From the NCBI GenBank assembly GCA_947372355.1, contig CANBTI010000005.1:103-64102 (forward strand): a stretch of DNA of 64,000 bases. The letters are read 5' to 3'. The notes beneath the pieces were generated by a model. It was not told the origin of the DNA, searched no databases, and worked only from the letters and a program-made list of their open reading frames with translations. Source of the stretch: Bdellovibrionales bacterium. GTDB taxonomy: Bacteria > Bdellovibrionota > UBA1018 > CAIMNF01. The stretch's first letter is position 1, and the number at the start of each line of letters is the position of its first letter. Both the position numbers and the translations under genes were made by a program. This document shows positions 21,000 to 31,813 of the stretch, one piece after another.

Positions 21000-22208
21000 A
21001 TGAAACACAACATTCTTGCCCCCCTAGTTGGTGAATCCATCACTGAAGTGAGCATTCTCAAGTGGAATAAACAAAATGGCGAAGCAGTTAAAGCCGGAGA
21101 ACAGATTTTAGAAATCGAATCTGATAAAGCGACGGTTGAAATTGTTGCCGAGCAAAGCGGCATTCTCAATATCTTAAAACAAGCGGGTGAACGCGTTTTG
21201 GTAAAATCCGTAATCGGAATGATTGATGATGCTGGAACAGCAACGGCAACATCATCTGGAGCAACAGTACCAGCTCCAGGAAAACCATCCACTCCCCCTC
21301 CTGCTCCATCAGCAGCAGCGCCAACTACTTCGACAGAGGGATTGAGTCCGGCGGTGAGAAAAGCGGTGGTTGAAAATAATGTAAATCCTGCTCAAGTAAA
21401 AGGAACGGGAAAAGATGGCCGCTTAACCAAGGGCGATGTATTTGCATTTTTAGCTGCAGGTGGTTCTTCACAAGTGAATGCGCAAGCACCTAAACCAAAA
21501 GATAAACAGGGCGATCGCCGTGTTCCAATGCCGATGATTCGTCAGCGCATTGCTGAAAGATTGGTATTTGCTCAACACACTGCTGCGATTTTATCTACTT
21601 TCAACGAAGTGGATATGAAACCAGTGATGGATGTACGCGCTCAACACAAAGATGCATTTGAGAAAAAATACGGCGTAAAACTTTCATTCATGAGTTTTTT
21701 CACTCGTGCTTGCACATTGGCATTGAAGCAAATTCCAGCAGTGAACGCTGAAATTCAAGGTAAAGATTTCTTATTCCATGATTATGCTGATATCGGCGTT
21801 GCCGTGGGAACCGATCGCGGACTCGTGGTACCAGTGGTTCGTGGTGCAGACAAACTCACTTTTGATGGTATTGAAAAAGCCATCGGTGAACTTGCTCTCA
21901 AGGCTCGGAACGGAAAACTTTCGATCAACGACATGAGCGGCGGAACCTTCACTATCTCTAATGGTGGAACTTATGGCTCCCTTCTCTCCACGCCTATTCT
22001 TAATCCTCCACAAAGCGGGATCTTAGGCATGCACAAGATTATGGATCGCGCAGTAGTGATCAATGGAAAGGTGGAAGTACGTCCGATGATGTATCTTGCT
22101 CTTTCTTATGACCACAGAATCATTGATGGTAAGGAAGCCGTAACCTTCCTCGTTACCGTTAAGGATTTATTAGAAAACCCTACAAAACTAGGATTGGATT
22201 TTTTATAA
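21000..22208 (+). CDS. sucB: Dihydrolipoyllysine-residue succinyltransferase (E2)
   Basis: Lipoyl domain ([11 protein letters not shown]), Ala/Pro linker, catalytic domain with DHRIIDG. Confidence 0.9.
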   Translation: MKHNILAPLVGESITEVSILKWNKQNGEAVKAGEQILEIESDKATVEIVAEQSGILNILKQAGERVLVKSVIGMIDDAGTATATSSGATVPAPGKPSTPPPAPSAAAPTTSTEGLSPAVRKAVVENNVNPAQVKGTGKDGRLTKGDVFAFLAAGGSSQVNAQAPKPKDKQGDRRVPMPMIRQRIAERLVFAQHTAAILSTFNEVDMKPVMDVRAQHKDAFEKKYGVKLSFMSFFTRACTLALKQIPAVNAEIQGKDFLFHDYADIGVAVGTDRGLVVPVVRGADKLTFDGIEKAIGELALKARNGKLSINDMSGGTFTISNGGTYGSLLSTPILNPPQSGILGMHKIMDRAVVINGKVEVRPMMYLALSYDHRIIDGKEAVTFLVTVKDLLENPTKLGLDFL

Positions 22209-23621
22209 ATGGAACAATTTGATTTGATCGTGATTGGTGCTGGTCCGGCGGGTTATGTTGCTGCAATTCGTGCTGCACAGCTTGGCATGAAAGTAGTTTG
22301 CATTGATAAGCGCCCAACACTGGGTGGAACTTGTTTAAATGTGGGCTGCATTCCTTCAAAAGCATTACTTGAATCGAGCGAACACTTTGCAACCGCTCAA
22401 CACAAGTTCCAAAAACACGGCATTGAAGTATCAGGGCTAAAAATTAATCTTGAGCAAATGATCTCTCGTAAAAACGCTGTAGTGAAACAACTCACTACCG
22501 GTATTGCAGGATTATTCAAAAAAAATAAAATTGATTGGGCTCAAGGTTACGGAAAATTTACAGGCATCGAAGGTGATCAAAAAATAGTTGAAGTAGAAGG
22601 GGTGACAGGTAAACGCACTCTGAAAGCGCCTAAAGTTTTAATTGCAACCGGTTCAGAGCCTGTTGAACTACCTACACTTAAATTTGATGGCAAAAAAATC
22701 ATTTCAAACGTGGAAGCATTAAACCTCAATCAAGTGCCAGATCACCTCGTAGTGGTAGGTGGTGGTGTAATTGGGCTTGAGCTTGGATCCGTATGGAAAC
22801 GTCTTGGTTCAAAAGTAACCGTAGTGGAGTTCGCCGATAAACTCTTGCCTATGATTGATCAACAAGTGGCTGTGGAAGCGAAAAAATCTTTCATCAAGCA
22901 AGGTCTTGAGTTCAAACTCAATACCCAAGCATTGGGTGCAAAAGCTGCGGGAAATAAAATGCTGATTGAAGTGATAGACCGTGCTTCTCAAGCAAAAGAA
23001 AATATTGAATGCGACATTATTTTAGTGGCAACGGGTCGTCGTCCTTTTACGGATGGACTTGCACTCGATAAAGTTGGCTTAAAAGCAGATGATAAAGGCC
23101 GCATTGATATCAATGATCATTTCGAAACTTCTGTAAAAGGCGTTTACGCCGTGGGTGATGTGGTTCGCGGAATTATGCTCGCACACAAAGCGGAAGAAGA
23201 AGGAATTGCTGCAATAGAAATCATGGCTGGTCTTGCTGGGCACGTAAATTACAATGCAATTCCTAATGTGATTTACACTTGGCCAGAACTTGCTGCAGTA
23301 GGATCTACTGAAGAAGAACTAAAAGCTAAAGGAATTGAATACAAATCTGGAACTTTTCCATTTTTAGCCAACGGACGCGCCATCACCATGGATGAATCCG
23401 AAGGATTAGTGAAAGTGTTAGCGGATGCTAAAACAGATCGAGTGTTAGGTGTTCACATCTTCGGCCCAAGAGCCTCAGACATGATTGCAGAAGCGGCGAC
23501 AGCGATGGAATACGGTGGATCAGCTGAAGACATCGCTCGTACTTGTCACGCTCATCCCACACTTTCAGAAACAATGAAGGAAGCGGCGCTCGCCGTGGGT
23601 GGACGAAAAATTCATATGTAA
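22209..23621 (+). CDS. lpdA: Dihydrolipoyl dehydrogenase (E3)
   Basis: GAGPAGY FAD fold, redox-active disulfide GGTCLNVGCIPSK, C-terminal HAHPTLSE. Confidence 0.9.
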   Translation: MEQFDLIVIGAGPAGYVAAIRAAQLGMKVVCIDKRPTLGGTCLNVGCIPSKALLESSEHFATAQHKFQKHGIEVSGLKINLEQMISRKNAVVKQLTTGIAGLFKKNKIDWAQGYGKFTGIEGDQKIVEVEGVTGKRTLKAPKVLIATGSEPVELPTLKFDGKKIISNVEALNLNQVPDHLVVVGGGVIGLELGSVWKRLGSKVTVVEFADKLLPMIDQQVAVEAKKSFIKQGLEFKLNTQALGAKAAGNKMLIEVIDRASQAKENIECDIILVATGRRPFTDGLALDKVGLKADDKGRIDINDHFETSVKGVYAVGDVVRGIMLAHKAEEEGIAAIEIMAGLAGHVNYNAIPNVIYTWPELAAVGSTEEELKAKGIEYKSGTFPFLANGRAITMDESEGLVKVLADAKTDRVLGVHIFGPRASDMIAEAATAMEYGGSAEDIARTCHAHPTLSETMKEAALAVGGRKIHM

Positions 23622-23628
23622 TGGAGAG

Positions 23629-24663
23629 TTACTTATTCGTTGGTTTATAAATTTTATTTATACCAATCATAGAATCAGTGAACTCTAAATGATTAGTGGG
23701 AATCCATAAAAAATCAGGATGATCACTTCCATTGATCCATTCGCCACCAATAATATTATTTCTTGCATCTAAATCTAAAATATAGTCCATTTCAATTTTA
23801 TCTGATTTGAAGTTCGGCGTTCCAACAACAGGATCCCAACTTGAATTTTCTAATTCATCTGTATAACGAAAAGTTCCATGCACTCGAAGTCCATGATCTC
23901 CATCCTCTGATTCTTCTGAGCCTAATATTTGAAAATCATAAGCATAAGCAGGCTGATTCCAAATTTCTTTACCAGGATCTCTTTCCACCACAAATGCTTT
24001 TTTCAATAATCCAAGCTGATTTGCTAATACTACATGCATCGCTCCAGGATTTATGTCTGAGCATGGACTCACCAAATCTACACCTCTACACTTCATACCA
24101 ACCTGTCCCGTTCTAACTTTAAAATGAACAGCAGCAGCGAAAGACAACAATCCCTTCACATCCGAAGATCCGAAAGGCACGAGCACTCCATCAGGATTTG
24201 CCAAAATTACTGGGGCAGGTTCTGAATATTGAATTGCAGCAATAGACCAACCATCACAGATTCCATACCAATAAGCTGCTCTAGGATTACCATAGGATCG
24301 AACTTCATTATAAAGAGGATAATCATAATTACCCATGTATAGATCGTATTTTTCTGCTGGAGATAGCATCTTCAATTCTTCTAATGACATTTTTAATATT
24401 TGAGATTTTGAAAAGGGAATATAATAAAACCCATCATGATCAGGTGAATTCCATCGGTAATTGATACTCCCTTTATTCATAGGCCAAAAAGTTTCTGACC
24501 AGGGAGTGAGCGCAGTAGCGGCATGCAAAGGCAATTGATTTACATTATAATTATAATTCCTTTCTACATCCATATTAGCCGGATTGTTATAACCGTCCCA
24601 AGTTCCTGCTCGAACGAGGACAGAATTAAAATTAATCAAAAGTAACAAAATAAGTATTTTCAT
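23629..24663 (-). CDS. Secreted protein, possible transglutaminase-like/cysteine-hydrolase fold
   Basis: Probable start at ATG 24663 (MKILILLLLINFNSVLVRA signal peptide; the track's start at 24693 is a TTG). YGICDGWSIAA resembles the G-x-C-W nucleophile motif of transglutaminase-like cysteine enzymes. Confidence 0.6.
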   Translation of the reverse strand: MKILILLLLINFNSVLVRAGTWDGYNNPANMDVERNYNYNVNQLPLHAATALTPWSETFWPMNKGSINYRWNSPDHDGFYYIPFSKSQILKMSLEELKMLSPAEKYDLYMGNYDYPLYNEVRSYGNPRAAYWYGICDGWSIAAIQYSEPAPVILANPDGVLVPFGSSDVKGLLSFAAAVHFKVRTGQVGMKCRGVDLVSPCSDINPGAMHVVLANQLGLLKKAFVVERDPGKEIWNQPAYAYDFQILGSEESEDGDHGLRVHGTFRYTDELENSSWDPVVGTPNFKSDKIEMDYILDLDARNNIIGGEWINGSDHPDFLWIPTNHLEFTDSMIGINKIYKPTNK

Positions 24664-24712
24664 AAAGTCCTCAATTCGAAGAATGATTTGCAACTATCGC
24701 GCCATCAAAAAC

Positions 24713-24727
24713 TGGCTCAATAGTTGC
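24713..24727 (+). promoter_or_regulatory. Candidate sigma-54 (-24/-12) promoter upstream of CBS gene (1 mismatch)
   Basis: TGGCTC-aatag-TTGC; the -12 element lies 26 nt upstream of ATG 24753. A second 1-mismatch match in the opposite direction (TGGCGC-gatag-TTGC, rc of 24690-24704) faces the secreted-protein gene. Confidence 0.3.
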
Positions 24728-24752
24728 TGTTATAAAACAAGAGGTAATTTAA

Positions 24753-25244
24753 ATGAAAAGACAAACCAGAGAAGATGAAGTTTCCGTCAATAATAGTTTC
24801 ATGGCTAACTTCATGCGAACTGATGTGATTTGTGTTGATCAAGACACTCCGATCATGGAAGTTGCATTAACCATGAGTGAGCAACAAGTGGCTGATGTTG
24901 TCGTCACCAAGCTCATTAACAATAAAATAAAGCCGGTTGGATTAATTACAGATCGAGATTTAATTATGAGCTTAGTCAATCAGCATACAGCAGCTGAATT
25001 TTTGAGGGCTTCAGATTTAATGACCAGACCTGTTCGAGTGGTTTACGATACGGATGACATCCACGATATGATTAAAGTTATGCAACATGAAGGACTTGGG
25101 CGTTTGCCTATCGTAGATTCAGATGGAGATTTAATGGGAATCATCACTGCAAAAAAGATCCTGCAGCTACTGGCTCAAGAATTTTATGAGCTCACTCACC
25201 GAGCAAAGAGAAAGAACATGTACAAAACAGTGATTGAACATTAA
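24753..25244 (+). CDS. CBS-pair domain protein
   Basis: Two CBS motifs (VICVDQDTPIMEVALTM...; GRLPIVDSDGDLMGIITAKKI). Confidence 0.75.
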   Translation: MKRQTREDEVSVNNSFMANFMRTDVICVDQDTPIMEVALTMSEQQVADVVVTKLINNKIKPVGLITDRDLIMSLVNQHTAAEFLRASDLMTRPVRVVYDTDDIHDMIKVMQHEGLGRLPIVDSDGDLMGIITAKKILQLLAQEFYELTHRAKRKNMYKTVIEH

Positions 25245-25633
25245 CCCCTTCGATGGTTGAACAATGTTCCGGAGGTAAATTCAATAACCAGGGGGAGATG
25301 GGGGGCATCATCCAAATTATTGAAAAGCATTGTTCAACACACCAAAAGAGTTCTGTAGAAACGAATGAATATCCGAGAATACCCACGAAAAAATCATAAT
25401 TTAAAACAAATATTTTTCACATAATAATTAGATATAAATATTAAAAATTAAATCATATTTATATTTGCACTTAGACTGAAATGCGCGGCATTTAAATTAC
25501 CAATTCGTTAAGTCGCGGTATTTCATCAGTTTGCTCTGTGATAAATATTTTTGTGCAATATTGAATAAATAATTTATAAAAAATATTTAATTAAGATTAT
25601 TTTGTGTCGCAACTGGCTTGTGCAGAGTGAAAA

Positions 25634-26749
25634 CTACAGATTTACAACTTTCAATTCAGGCTTTCGAATATTTAAAAAATTCATGACTCTTTGCGAACTA
25701 TAACCGTCACCATAAATACTAAGATCATCTTGAAGGCTTCTATAAAATGACTGGTCATGAATGGCTCGTTCTAACGAATAAATAATTTTTTCTTGATTTG
25801 AACCCACTAATACCGCCACTCCTGCTGCAACCCGCTCTGCCCTTTCCGTTGAATCTCGCAAAACAAATACAGGTTTATGAAGAAATGAAGCTTCTTCTTC
25901 AATGCCTCCCGAATCGGTGAGTATGATATCGCTCTCGATCATTAACTCAGTAAAATCTTCATAACCTTGTGGCTCAATCAATTGAATTCGATCATTTTTA
26001 CCTAGTTTAAATCTAACCAAACTTTCAAAATGAGGATTTCGATCTAATTGAAAAATTAACCTTACATTACTATTGTTTTCTACCACCTTTAAAACTGCGC
26101 TACAGATAGATTCAAGAGGCTTACCAACATTTTCTGGATTATGGCAGGTCATTAAAATTATTTTTTGCTTTTTATAAAATCGATTATTCGAAAACGTTGT
26201 TTTTCCTATTTTTTCAAGAGTGAGTCTAAGCGCATCGATACCAGTATTTCCAGTAACCCAAACATTCTTTCTAATTCCTTCATCAAGTAAGTTTTGCCTT
26301 GAATCATCGGTAGAGGAAAAATTATAATCAGCAATGGAACTAATAATTTTTTTATTTTTTTCTTTATGCGATTCAAACTGATGCTCACTAGATCTCAATC
26401 CAGATTCAATATAAACAATTGGAAAATTTTGATAGTAAGACGAGAGTGCTACCGCCGTGGTAACCAAAGAATCACCTTGTACAAAAACTAAATCTGGTTT
26501 TTCAAATTTTAAAATTGGTTGTAGAGAGTTTAATACAAACACACTTAAATCAGTGGCTGAATCATTTGAAAATTGAAGATCGTAATCCACTTTCAATTCA
26601 AAATGATTCAAAAATGATTTAAGAGAAAAATCTGTTGATTCTATCAAAACTAAAACCACCTTTTGTTTCCGGTTTAATGCCTCTAAAACTAAAGGTGCAA
26701 TTTTAATCGCTTCGGAACGTGCGCCAATACAAAACAATAGCTTCTTCAT
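25634..26749 (-). CDS. wecB: UDP-N-acetylglucosamine 2-epimerase (non-hydrolysing)
   Basis: N-terminal CIGARSEAIKIAPLV and C-terminal DSGGIEEEASFLHKPVFVLRDSTERAE motifs of the WecB/MnaA family; orphan, flanked by long AT-rich non-coding DNA. Confidence 0.8.
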   Translation of the reverse strand: MKKLLFCIGARSEAIKIAPLVLEALNRKQKVVLVLIESTDFSLKSFLNHFELKVDYDLQFSNDSATDLSVFVLNSLQPILKFEKPDLVFVQGDSLVTTAVALSSYYQNFPIVYIESGLRSSEHQFESHKEKNKKIISSIADYNFSSTDDSRQNLLDEGIRKNVWVTGNTGIDALRLTLEKIGKTTFSNNRFYKKQKIILMTCHNPENVGKPLESICSAVLKVVENNSNVRLIFQLDRNPHFESLVRFKLGKNDRIQLIEPQGYEDFTELMIESDIILTDSGGIEEEASFLHKPVFVLRDSTERAERVAAGVAVLVGSNQEKIIYSLERAIHDQSFYRSLQDDLSIYGDGYSSQRVMNFLNIRKPELKVVNL

Positions 26750-27000
26750 AGGAAAACAACTCCTTTCTGAAAACGAAACTTACTAGCAAATGTGAGGTAA
26801 TAAAATGATTAGTTTTGTAGACGGCAATTATTTTTAATCAACAATAATCTTGAACGACAAAATGTCACTTCAACATGATTAAATTACCCCTAGAAACAAT
26901 CAACGCAGTTACGCGGCACGTTGTCTCGATTTTACTTGTGTGAAGTCGCAATTAATAACAAAATTTATTGAGTAGATTATATTTATCAATCGGGGGATTC

Positions 27001-28413
27001 ATGAAGAATTTTAAGTTTATATTTTTAGGTATGTTAGCACTTTCAACTATGGGCCTTAGTTCAGCTCCCAAAAAGGGAACCGCCACCTTTGAATTAAGTG
27101 ACTGGCCAAAACAAATGAGCAAAATTCATTCGATGGAACTTGATTTAGCTGGTGTGAACCTAAATCAAAAGCAAGTGGATCTCATCATCAACAATGATCA
27201 AATTGAATCATTAAAAAAATTGGGATTTAAATTAATCAGCACCAATTTTAATTCAAATAAATCATCTCCAGATTCTGGCTATCAATCCCCAGTAAAAATC
27301 GAATCCAGCTTAAAACAATATGCAGCTAAATTTCCAAACTTAGCTCAACTCACTTCAATTGGAAAATCTCTCGAAGGAAGAGATATTTGGGCAATTCGTC
27401 TTACTAAAGACGTTGCAACCAATAACCCAGCAAAACCTCACATACTTTTCAATTCCATGCATCATGCGCGCGAAGTGATGACTGCTGAAGTTGGTTTAGA
27501 TATTGTTGATCAATTGCTCACCCAATACGGAAAAGACGCGAGCATCACTCAATGGATGGATTCATATGAAATTTGGGTGATTCCAATGTTTAACGTAGAT
27601 GGAAATAATTTAGTATGGACTCACGATAGCATGTGGAGAAAAAATGCTCGCGGTGGGTATGGTGTGGATATTAACCGCAATTATCCATATGCTTGGAATA
27701 GTTGCAATGGATCCGGAAGTTCACAAAGTGCTCAAGATTTCCATGGAGCAAGCGCTGCTTCAGAACCTGAAACAAAAGTAATGATGAACTTCGTTAATCA
27801 AGTTCGCCCGGTATTTGAAATTTCCTATCACTCCTACAGTGAATTAGTGATTTACCCTTATGGTTGCCCAAATCAGCACACACAAACAAAAGATGTGATT
27901 GAAAAAATCGGTAAAGAACTCGCTAGTAAACTCGTTTCCGATAACGGTAAAGGCACCTACACCGCCGGAACTGCACCAGAACTTCTCTATGCAGTAGATG
28001 GAGGCGATATTGATTGGCTCTATCACGAAGCACAAGTGATTCCATTTGTGATTGAAATCAATTCAAACGGTCAAGGCTTTCAACCTTCTTATTCAAAATG
28101 GCGAGATATTACAGTTCAACGCCAAAGAGAAGGATGGAAGTATTTATTGAATCGCATGAGTGGTTCGGCAATTCACGGCCAAGTGACAGATCAAAAAGGC
28201 ACTCCAATCACTAATGCAAAACTTCACATCACTGGGCCTACCAACCAAGATTATGCCGTAAACAATGAAGGATATTTTTTCGTAATTCTTAACCCAGGAA
28301 ATTATTCAATTACCGTTCAAGCACCTGGAACTGAAAATACCTCAAAAAATATTACCGTTGCTAACAAACCGATTGAATTGCCAATGAAGATGTTTACTGC
28401 CAAATCCCTGTAA
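27001..28413 (+). CDS. M14 zinc carboxypeptidase with C-terminal carboxypeptidase-regulatory-like (transthyretin-like) domain
   Basis: Signal peptide from ATG 27001 (MKNFKFIFLGMLALSTMGLSSA); zinc ligands HHAREVMTAE; C-terminal IHGQVTDQKGTPITNAKLHITG...NYSITVQAPG beta-sandwich. Confidence 0.8.
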   Translation: MKNFKFIFLGMLALSTMGLSSAPKKGTATFELSDWPKQMSKIHSMELDLAGVNLNQKQVDLIINNDQIESLKKLGFKLISTNFNSNKSSPDSGYQSPVKIESSLKQYAAKFPNLAQLTSIGKSLEGRDIWAIRLTKDVATNNPAKPHILFNSMHHAREVMTAEVGLDIVDQLLTQYGKDASITQWMDSYEIWVIPMFNVDGNNLVWTHDSMWRKNARGGYGVDINRNYPYAWNSCNGSGSSQSAQDFHGASAASEPETKVMMNFVNQVRPVFEISYHSYSELVIYPYGCPNQHTQTKDVIEKIGKELASKLVSDNGKGTYTAGTAPELLYAVDGGDIDWLYHEAQVIPFVIEINSNGQGFQPSYSKWRDITVQRQREGWKYLLNRMSGSAIHGQVTDQKGTPITNAKLHITGPTNQDYAVNNEGYFFVILNPGNYSITVQAPGTENTSKNITVANKPIELPMKMFTAKSL

Positions 28414-29230
28414 TCGGAGTAGCAGTTACATCACCGTTGCCAAGATTCCCGATACCAAAATGATCTTCAATCATTTTTAATATGGAATAATGATTATGAG
28501 GCAAGTTTACCACTGAGCCTGGTTTTACATTTGCACCATAGAATGCAGTAAATATTTGGTTTTTACTGAAAATATTTTCAGATTCATCAAAGGTAATGAT
28601 CAAAAGAGTATCCTTCATGAATTTTGAATCATTTAATATTCCACCAAAATTATCTGAAAACCATTGGGAAGCAAAAGCAGAACTGGTGTTGTGCCCATCA
28701 TTTTTTAAATTAGGAATATACATAGAAAATGCAGGCACAGAATTAGAAGCAATATCAATTTTCAATTGCGCAGAAGGAACTACCTTTAAACATTCATTCC
28801 TATTATTTTGAACATTAGTAAAACTAAGAAATGGAACATGCTTCCTCGCATAGAGACCACTATCAGAACCTAAAAAACACGGTTGAGGCAAGTCTTCTGC
28901 GTAAACTTTCCATGATAAGTTTTTCTTCGCTAGTAGACCACCAATATGTTCGGCATTGATACTTACTGAATCATCATTTCTCACACCTTGAGTACTACCA
29001 GAAATCATCGCTAAGTAATTAGGCTGAGAAGGATGAGCTTCTGCTGAGAACTGAGTAAAGAGAGCACCTTCATTTGCCAATTTCGCAAAAAAGGGCTGCT
29101 TTAATGCAACACTATAGTTTGCATTTTCAAAAACAACAATCATCACACGATTAAAAGAAGACTCAGCTGCCCAAACACTAGAAGAGTTAAAAAATGTAAG
29201 CATCAGGAAAACAAACAAAAACTTAATCAT
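28394..29230 (-). CDS. Secreted phosphoesterase-family protein (PLC/AcpA-like)
   Basis: Signal peptide; MIVVFENANYS resembles the V-V-x-E-N-R-S-F-D motif of the phosphoesterase family. It is shorter than typical members, hence moderate confidence. Confidence 0.5.
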   Translation of the reverse strand: MIKFLFVFLMLTFFNSSSVWAAESSFNRVMIVVFENANYSVALKQPFFAKLANEGALFTQFSAEAHPSQPNYLAMISGSTQGVRNDDSVSINAEHIGGLLAKKNLSWKVYAEDLPQPCFLGSDSGLYARKHVPFLSFTNVQNNRNECLKVVPSAQLKIDIASNSVPAFSMYIPNLKNDGHNTSSAFASQWFSDNFGGILNDSKFMKDTLLIITFDESENIFSKNQIFTAFYGANVKPGSVVNLPHNHYSILKMIEDHFGIGNLGNGDVTATPITGIWQ

Positions 29231-29287
29231 CTGATTGTATTATCACTGATCTAAGTTCTCGGTTATTTTTAATTTTATTCAATCATT

Positions 29288-30190
29288 TTAGATACTTGCT
29301 TCGGAATCTCGAATCTGTTTCACTTCATAAGCAAACTCACCCCAAACCCAAACGGGAACTATTCCACTTCTGAAAATATCTTTAGAAACACTCCCAAAAA
29401 CCGTACTCTCCCAAGGTCGAAGTGTAGAGGAGACTCCAACCAATTCAACTTTTCTTTTTTTACAAGCCTCTAGAATAGACTTACTCACCGTATTTGGTGA
29501 ATCGATCACCATGGTAGAGATTTTTATTTGTGAATTAATATCTTTATATTTTTTTGCCCACACAGATAATTCTTTTTCGTCTTCATCATTTTTTCTCAAA
29601 AAATTATTCGGGAACATGGCCGGGACGCCGATTGCACTATATACACCCAAGGCTTCCACCAACGATCGACCTGCATGAAAAATAATAATTTCATCAATAC
29701 TACCCTCACAAAAATTTATAAAGTTCTTAAAAGCAACTTCTGAGTTTTTTGAAAAATCAGTAGCAAAAATTGCTTTTTTTGAAAGGTCAAAGATAGATTC
29801 AGTTAGAAAAAGAATGGGTATTGGGGAAATATTCAGCAATTTCTCAGCAAAACTTCCCATGACTAAGCGATCAATCCCTTTTCTTCCATGAGAAGAGAGC
29901 GCTATTGCAGAAGCCTTATTCTCTAAGGCAAAGATTAAAATCTTTTTTATATAATCATCCCGATCATACGAATCACTGATCAAAACTTTTGGTTGATGAA
30001 AATTACAGATCCCTAAACTCACGAGATAAGAATATAATTTATTCTGCGTAATTTCTTGATCTGGAGAAGTAATCGAAACTGGATAAACACTTTTACTTTC
30101 TAAAAACTTCAAAGTGGAAAAAGATGGCTTTACTGTTTCATCATCAGGATCAACAGCCCAAATTACAATTGAATGCTTAGAGTGTATCAT
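29288..30190 (-). CDS. Tandem universal stress protein (UspA) domain protein
   Basis: ALSSHGRKGIDRLVMGSFAEKLL matches the Usp ATP-binding G-x2-G-x9-G(S/T) motif; two Usp-like halves. Confidence 0.6.
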   Translation of the reverse strand: MIHSKHSIVIWAVDPDDETVKPSFSTLKFLESKSVYPVSITSPDQEITQNKLYSYLVSLGICNFHQPKVLISDSYDRDDYIKKILIFALENKASAIALSSHGRKGIDRLVMGSFAEKLLNISPIPILFLTESIFDLSKKAIFATDFSKNSEVAFKNFINFCEGSIDEIIIFHAGRSLVEALGVYSAIGVPAMFPNNFLRKNDEDEKELSVWAKKYKDINSQIKISTMVIDSPNTVSKSILEACKKRKVELVGVSSTLRPWESTVFGSVSKDIFRSGIVPVWVWGEFAYEVKQIRDSEASI

Positions 30191-30222
30191 TAACCCTCCT
30201 GATCATTGAGAATGAATCCTAA

Positions 30223-31659
30223 TCAAGATTCATCAGTTGTTTCCAATTGATTTTCTTCACTTTCGTCTGCAGAAGACAATCCGTATTCTTGTTCTTTACG
30301 ATAAAGAGTTCGACGATTAATGCCAAGAATTTGAGAAGCTTTATCTTTTCTTCCGCCAGTTTTTTCAAGAATCAAACGAATATATCTTTCTTCTAATTGA
30401 TTAATTGAAGGAAAATCAATGGTAGATGTAGAAAAGAACTTATCAGCACTTTGTTCCTCAACAGATGGTAAATCCACCTCATCTACTAAATTTGAAGTGC
30501 ATAAAACTACAGCGCGTTCCACAACATTTTCTAGTTCACGAACATTACCATCCCAACGCATACTCATTAATTTTGAAATTACTCTTTTGGTAAAACCTTT
30601 AACATTAATATTATTTGCAGCAGCGTGCTTTCTAAGGAAATGCTCGGCTAGAAGAGGGATGTCATCCACTCTTTGTCTTAGTGGTGGAATGACAATTGGA
30701 ATTACACTCAGTCGATAAAATAAATCATCTCTGAAAAGACCCTCTTTCATTGCTGATTTTAAATCCTTATGTGTAGCAGAAATAATTCTAACATCGATAT
30801 CTCGAGCAATATTTTCACCTACCGCACGTACCTTTTTTTCTTGAATCACTCTTAATAGTTTAGCCTGAAGTGATACATCCATATCTCCAATTTCATCTAA
30901 AAATATAGTTCCGCCGTTTGCTTCCTCAAATAAGCCCCTTTTTCTTTGAGAAGCTCCAGTAAAAGAACCTTTCGCATGACCAAAGAGCTCAGATTCTAAG
31001 AGATTTTCAGGAATCGCGGTACAGTTGATTGCTACAAAAGGTTTGTTTGCTCTTGGTCCGCCGGCATGAATTGCTTGTGCAACCATTTCTTTTCCAGTAC
31101 CACTCTCACCCGTAACTAAAACATTGGATGTAACCTGTGAAACGCGATTCACTAAATCAAAAACAGATTTAATCGCTGCACTTTTTCCAATCATGCTTCC
31201 TAACGACCAATTACTTTTTAATTCTTGTCGAAGCGCTGTATTATCGCGTTGAAGCTGACGATACTCAATTGCTCTTTCAACATTGACGAGCATTTCAGTA
31301 AGTTTAAAAGGTTTTACAATGTAATGGAAAGCTCCTTTATTCATTGCTTCAACTGCAGTTTCAATTGATCCAAATGCAGTGATTAAAATTACTGGAATTT
31401 CTGGTCGAAGAAGTTTTAACTTTTCAGTTAACTCTAAACCGCTCATTTGTGGCATTTTAATATCTGAAATAATTAAATCAATATTGCCTTCAGTTTTATT
31501 TGAAGCATGAATCCCATCACTTGAAAAAGATTGTAGTGCATCATTTGCAGATGAAAAACAAATCACCTCATAACCGTCACCGGTTAGATAATCATCAAGT
31601 AGGGCTCTCATTTCTTTGTCATCATCAATCACTGCAATTTTAGCTTTAGAGATTTTCAT
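30223..31659 (-). CDS. Sigma-54-dependent response regulator (NtrC family: REC + AAA+ + HTH)
   Basis: REC (AVIDDDKEMR...ISDIKMPQMSG), Walker A GESGTGKE, sigma-54 contact loop ESELFGHAKGSFTGA, C-terminal Fis-type HTH. Confidence 0.85.
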   Translation of the reverse strand: MKISKAKIAVIDDDKEMRALLDDYLTGDGYEVICFSSANDALQSFSSDGIHASNKTEGNIDLIISDIKMPQMSGLELTEKLKLLRPEIPVILITAFGSIETAVEAMNKGAFHYIVKPFKLTEMLVNVERAIEYRQLQRDNTALRQELKSNWSLGSMIGKSAAIKSVFDLVNRVSQVTSNVLVTGESGTGKEMVAQAIHAGGPRANKPFVAINCTAIPENLLESELFGHAKGSFTGASQRKRGLFEEANGGTIFLDEIGDMDVSLQAKLLRVIQEKKVRAVGENIARDIDVRIISATHKDLKSAMKEGLFRDDLFYRLSVIPIVIPPLRQRVDDIPLLAEHFLRKHAAANNINVKGFTKRVISKLMSMRWDGNVRELENVVERAVVLCTSNLVDEVDLPSVEEQSADKFFSTSTIDFPSINQLEERYIRLILEKTGGRKDKASQILGINRRTLYRKEQEYGLSSADESEENQLETTDES

Positions 31660-31813
31660 ATTTTTTCCTTAGGGTATGTGTAATTCAAACCAGTCAAAAA
31701 CACAAAGGAATAGCAGGGGAAATTGATAATTATTTAGTTTAAGTATATTTAATTTTATGCTAATAATTTAGTAGAAAACGGCCAACAAGAATCAGACCAA
31801 CAGTTAAAAAAAT

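Noticed and set aside
25192-25386. ORF 25192..25386(-) in the long convergent gap
   Set aside because: Overlaps the CBS gene 3' end on the opposite strand, no start context or homology; region more likely non-coding/structured RNA.
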